Source: Octopus sinensis (Eukaryota). From it: a stretch of 64,000 nt of DNA. Shown in pieces: positions 61,209-64,000 of this stretch. A program made the translations under genes and the position numbers. The DNA lies in contig NC_043011.1 of assembly GCF_006345805.1 (NCBI RefSeq), positions 41,676,464 to 41,740,463 on the forward strand. Reading direction: 5' to 3'. The notes beneath the pieces were generated by a model. That model was not told the origin of the DNA. It did not search any database and saw only the letters and a program-made list of their open reading frames with translations. Position 1 is the first letter of the stretch; every line of letters begins with the position of its first letter.

Positions 61209-61704
61209 CATCATCATCATTTAACGTCCGCTTTCCATGCTAGCATGGGTTGGACGATTTGACTGAGGTCTGGCGAACTAGACTCCAATATGATCTGGCA
61301 GAGTTTCTACAGCTGGTTGCCCTTCCAAATGCCTAATGATGATGATGATGATGATAGATATATATATATATCAACATCAAAATATAAATCAAATGGCAAT
61401 TGTAGTTGTGATACCTGTGCCAGTGGCATGTAAAAAGCACCCACTACACTCACGGAGTGGTTGGCGTTAGGAAAGGCATCCAGCTGTAGAAACACTGCCA
61501 GGTCAGACTGGAGCCTGGTGCAGCCTCCTGGCTTTCCAGAGCCAAGTCAAACCGTCCAACCCATGCCAGCATGGAAAATGGACGTTAAACAGTGATGATG
61601 ATGTATGCATGTGTGTGTGTATGTGTATATATATACATATATATGTATGTATGTATGCATGCATGTGTGTGTATGTATATGTATGCATGTGTGTGTGTAT
61701 TATG

Positions 61705-61735
<31 letters not shown>

Positions 61736-63127
61736 GCATGTGTATATATATACGTACATACATGCATGTATTATATACACACTAATACACTGCTTTTTGT
61801 TCCCTCACCTGTCTGTCTCATGTTCTTTGCAGAATTTTGAACTTTACACACACACACACACGCACACACACACACACACACACACATTTACATTCATGTG
61901 TGTGTGTGTATTAATTAATCAGCTGAAGTTAGATGTACTCATGTTTGAGTTTTAGTTTCCTGTTTGTAATACCAAACCAATATATATTCTATATTTATAT
62001 TTCATATGTATGTTCGTGCGCACACACACACACACCACACACACACACACACACACACGCACACACACACTGTAAGGTTTGTGTTGAAGCTGTGCAGCAG
62101 AAGATAAGAAATGTTGTTATAGCAATGTGCCATACAAATGCAGCGATTACTTATTCTTTGTTTTGTTGTTGTTGTTGTTTGTGTCAAGAAGAATTTCAAG
62201 TCACCATTTTGTTTTTTGTTTTTTTTTGTTTTTACTGTCTGTTCAAAATTCAGAAAGGTTTTTGTTTTTCTCGATGGTGATAATGGTGATGACGATAATG
62301 GTAACGATGGTGATAATGATAATGACAGGAGTGGAATGATGGTGGTGGTGGTGGTGGTGGTGGTGACAAAGGTGATGAAAGTGATAATTATAATGATGGG
62401 GATGATTGTGGCTAAGATGATGATGATGATGATGATGATGAATTGATTGCTTCCAAAATGAATTTCTTAACCATACCCCTTTCCCACCCCCAGCAATGAC
62501 TGCATTTATAAAATAAACCAGGCCCTCACGCAGGACTTGAACCAAGGACCTGTTGCACTCTGGGAGACTGCTATTAAACACAACAGAGATTGTAACACAC
62601 ACTCACATAATACATACACATACATAAAACCACACCCACACAGTCTCACATAATGCATGTATACACACACACACACACACACACAATTTCTCATTTATGA
62701 TTTAATTCTTCTTTCTATCTTTTTCTCTTTCTTTCTGTCATTCTTCCTTTGCTCCATCTTTCTGTCTTTTTCCCTTTCATTCTTTCCATCTTGTCTTATT
62801 TCTCCAAGAAATACATTTGACAGTTCCACAAGTTGGAACTGGGAGGGGGGCGGGGGGGGGGCAATGTCTTTAGAAATAGACACCAGATTCTTTTAGTAAA
62901 TTTATTTTGTAAAATTACTAATTCCAGATTGCTTGAAAAATACTACTTTCTGTAAATTCTTGCAAAAATCAATGTCATAATGTCAACCCTTCTCCTCCGA
63001 TTCCGTCTCTAATAACTTTCCTTTTACATTAATTCCATCTTTCATAACAACACACATTTACCATTTACCACTTCTTGTTGTATTTCATTTTCCAACCTCA
63101 TCCTTGTCAAAAGTCTTCCACACATCT

Positions 63128-63342
63128 TTTATCTTTTACTTGTTTCAGTAATTAGGTTGTGGCCATGCTGGAGCACTATCTTGAGGAACTTTCTTTAGTC
63201 AAATGAATCGACTCCAGTACTTTTTTTTCTTTAAGCCTGGTACTTATTTTATTGGTCCCTTTTGCTAAACTGCTAAGTTACAGGGATGTAAACACACCAA
63301 CACTGGTTTCTATGCAGTGGTGAGCAACAAAGACACACACAC

Positions 63343-63388
<46 letters not shown>

Positions 63389-63530
63389 TACAAATATACA
63401 TATTCTGTCTACCAAATCCACTCACAAGGCTTTAATTGGCCCAAGGCTATAGTAGAAGACACTTGTGCAAAGTGCCATGCAGTGGGACTGAACCAAGAAC
63501 CATCTGGTTGGGAGACCAACTTCTTACTAC
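63128..63530 (-). mobile_element. SINE family A
   Basis: Reverse copy. Confidence 0.82.
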
Positions 63531-63739
63531 ATGATTTCATCATCATCATCATTTACTGTCCATTTTCAATGCTGGCCTGGGTTGGACAGTTTGACAGAGG
63601 TTGGTGAGCCAGAAGACTGCACCAAATGCCAGTCTCTGCTTTGGTATGGTTCCTACAGCTGGATGCACTTCCTAATGCCAACCGTTTTAAGGAGTGTTCT
63701 GTGGATCTGGCACAGTAGTACATTTCTGTTGCATTTATG

Positions 63740-64000
63740 ATGGACTGTGACTTTGGTATATTAAATGTGACATGAATATTTGGAATCTGGCACCGGACTG
63801 TGACATCACTATCTGGATTGTAATAAGAGTGTTTGAACCATGACACCAGTTCTTGAATGTCGTATATTTAGACTGTAGCACTAGTATCAAGATTGTGACA
63901 TGAATACTTAGGCTGTGACACCATTTCTGGATTGTGACATGAATATTTAAGCTGTGTCACTAGTATATCTTGCTCATGACACAGTTACAGACTGTGACTC
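63740..64000. repeat. Degenerate ~20-bp TGTGAC-anchored minisatellite with a ~39-bp dimer period
   Basis: attgtgacatgaatacttag-gctgtgacaccatttctgg-attgtgacatgaatatttaa-gctgtgtcactag; runs off the window end. Confidence 0.7.

Noticed and set aside
690-63846. Numerous ORFs rich in YI, CV, HT, SL, poly-S/F/K/H/T/V
   Set aside because: They are translations of TA, TG, CT, CAT, ACT and CTT microsatellites, which lack stops in several frames
63740-64000. CRISPR-like array
   Set aside because: Eukaryotic DNA, a conserved word of only ~6 bp, spacers related to each other and no cas genes
1-64000. Conserved miRNAs, rRNA, snRNA, protocadherin, C2H2 zinc-finger or homeobox exons
   Set aside because: I looked by eye for sequences and motifs I remember and saw none; a Rfam/BLASTX search would be needed to exclude them

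Overview
Animal (non-prokaryotic) genomic DNA that is AT-rich and saturated with microsatellites. The SINE families match those I recall from octopus, so the source is probably a coleoid cephalopod (inference from memory, no search run). I recognise no known protein-coding gene. Nearly all listed ORFs are translated microsatellites or repeats. Most of the window is tRNA-derived SINEs (at least four modular families), 3' ends of RTE and CR1 LINEs, hAT, Tc1/mariner and TTAA-type MITEs or decayed transposases, and Penelope-like relics. Several long fold-back palindromes, a 936-bp tandem duplication and a 100-N gap are also present. Two signals stand out. (1) A ~460-bp palindromic element at 17.5-17.95 kb joins a tRNA-like Pol III head to a decayed minimal hammerhead ribozyme. 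Related hammerhead-like motifs occur at 15.0, 16.2 and 56.0 kb, and short palindromes at 54.9 and 55.8 kb appear to be centred on ribozyme cores. (2) A CpG-rich minus-strand core promoter at 42065 has an exact Inr (TCAGTT) and DPE (AGACGT at +28..+33) followed by a strong splice donor. Candidate downstream exons have no convincing long ORF, which suggests a spliced lncRNA, a small-ORF gene or a long 5' leader. Repeat coordinates are approximate to within about 10-20 bp unless TSD/TIR bases are quoted.
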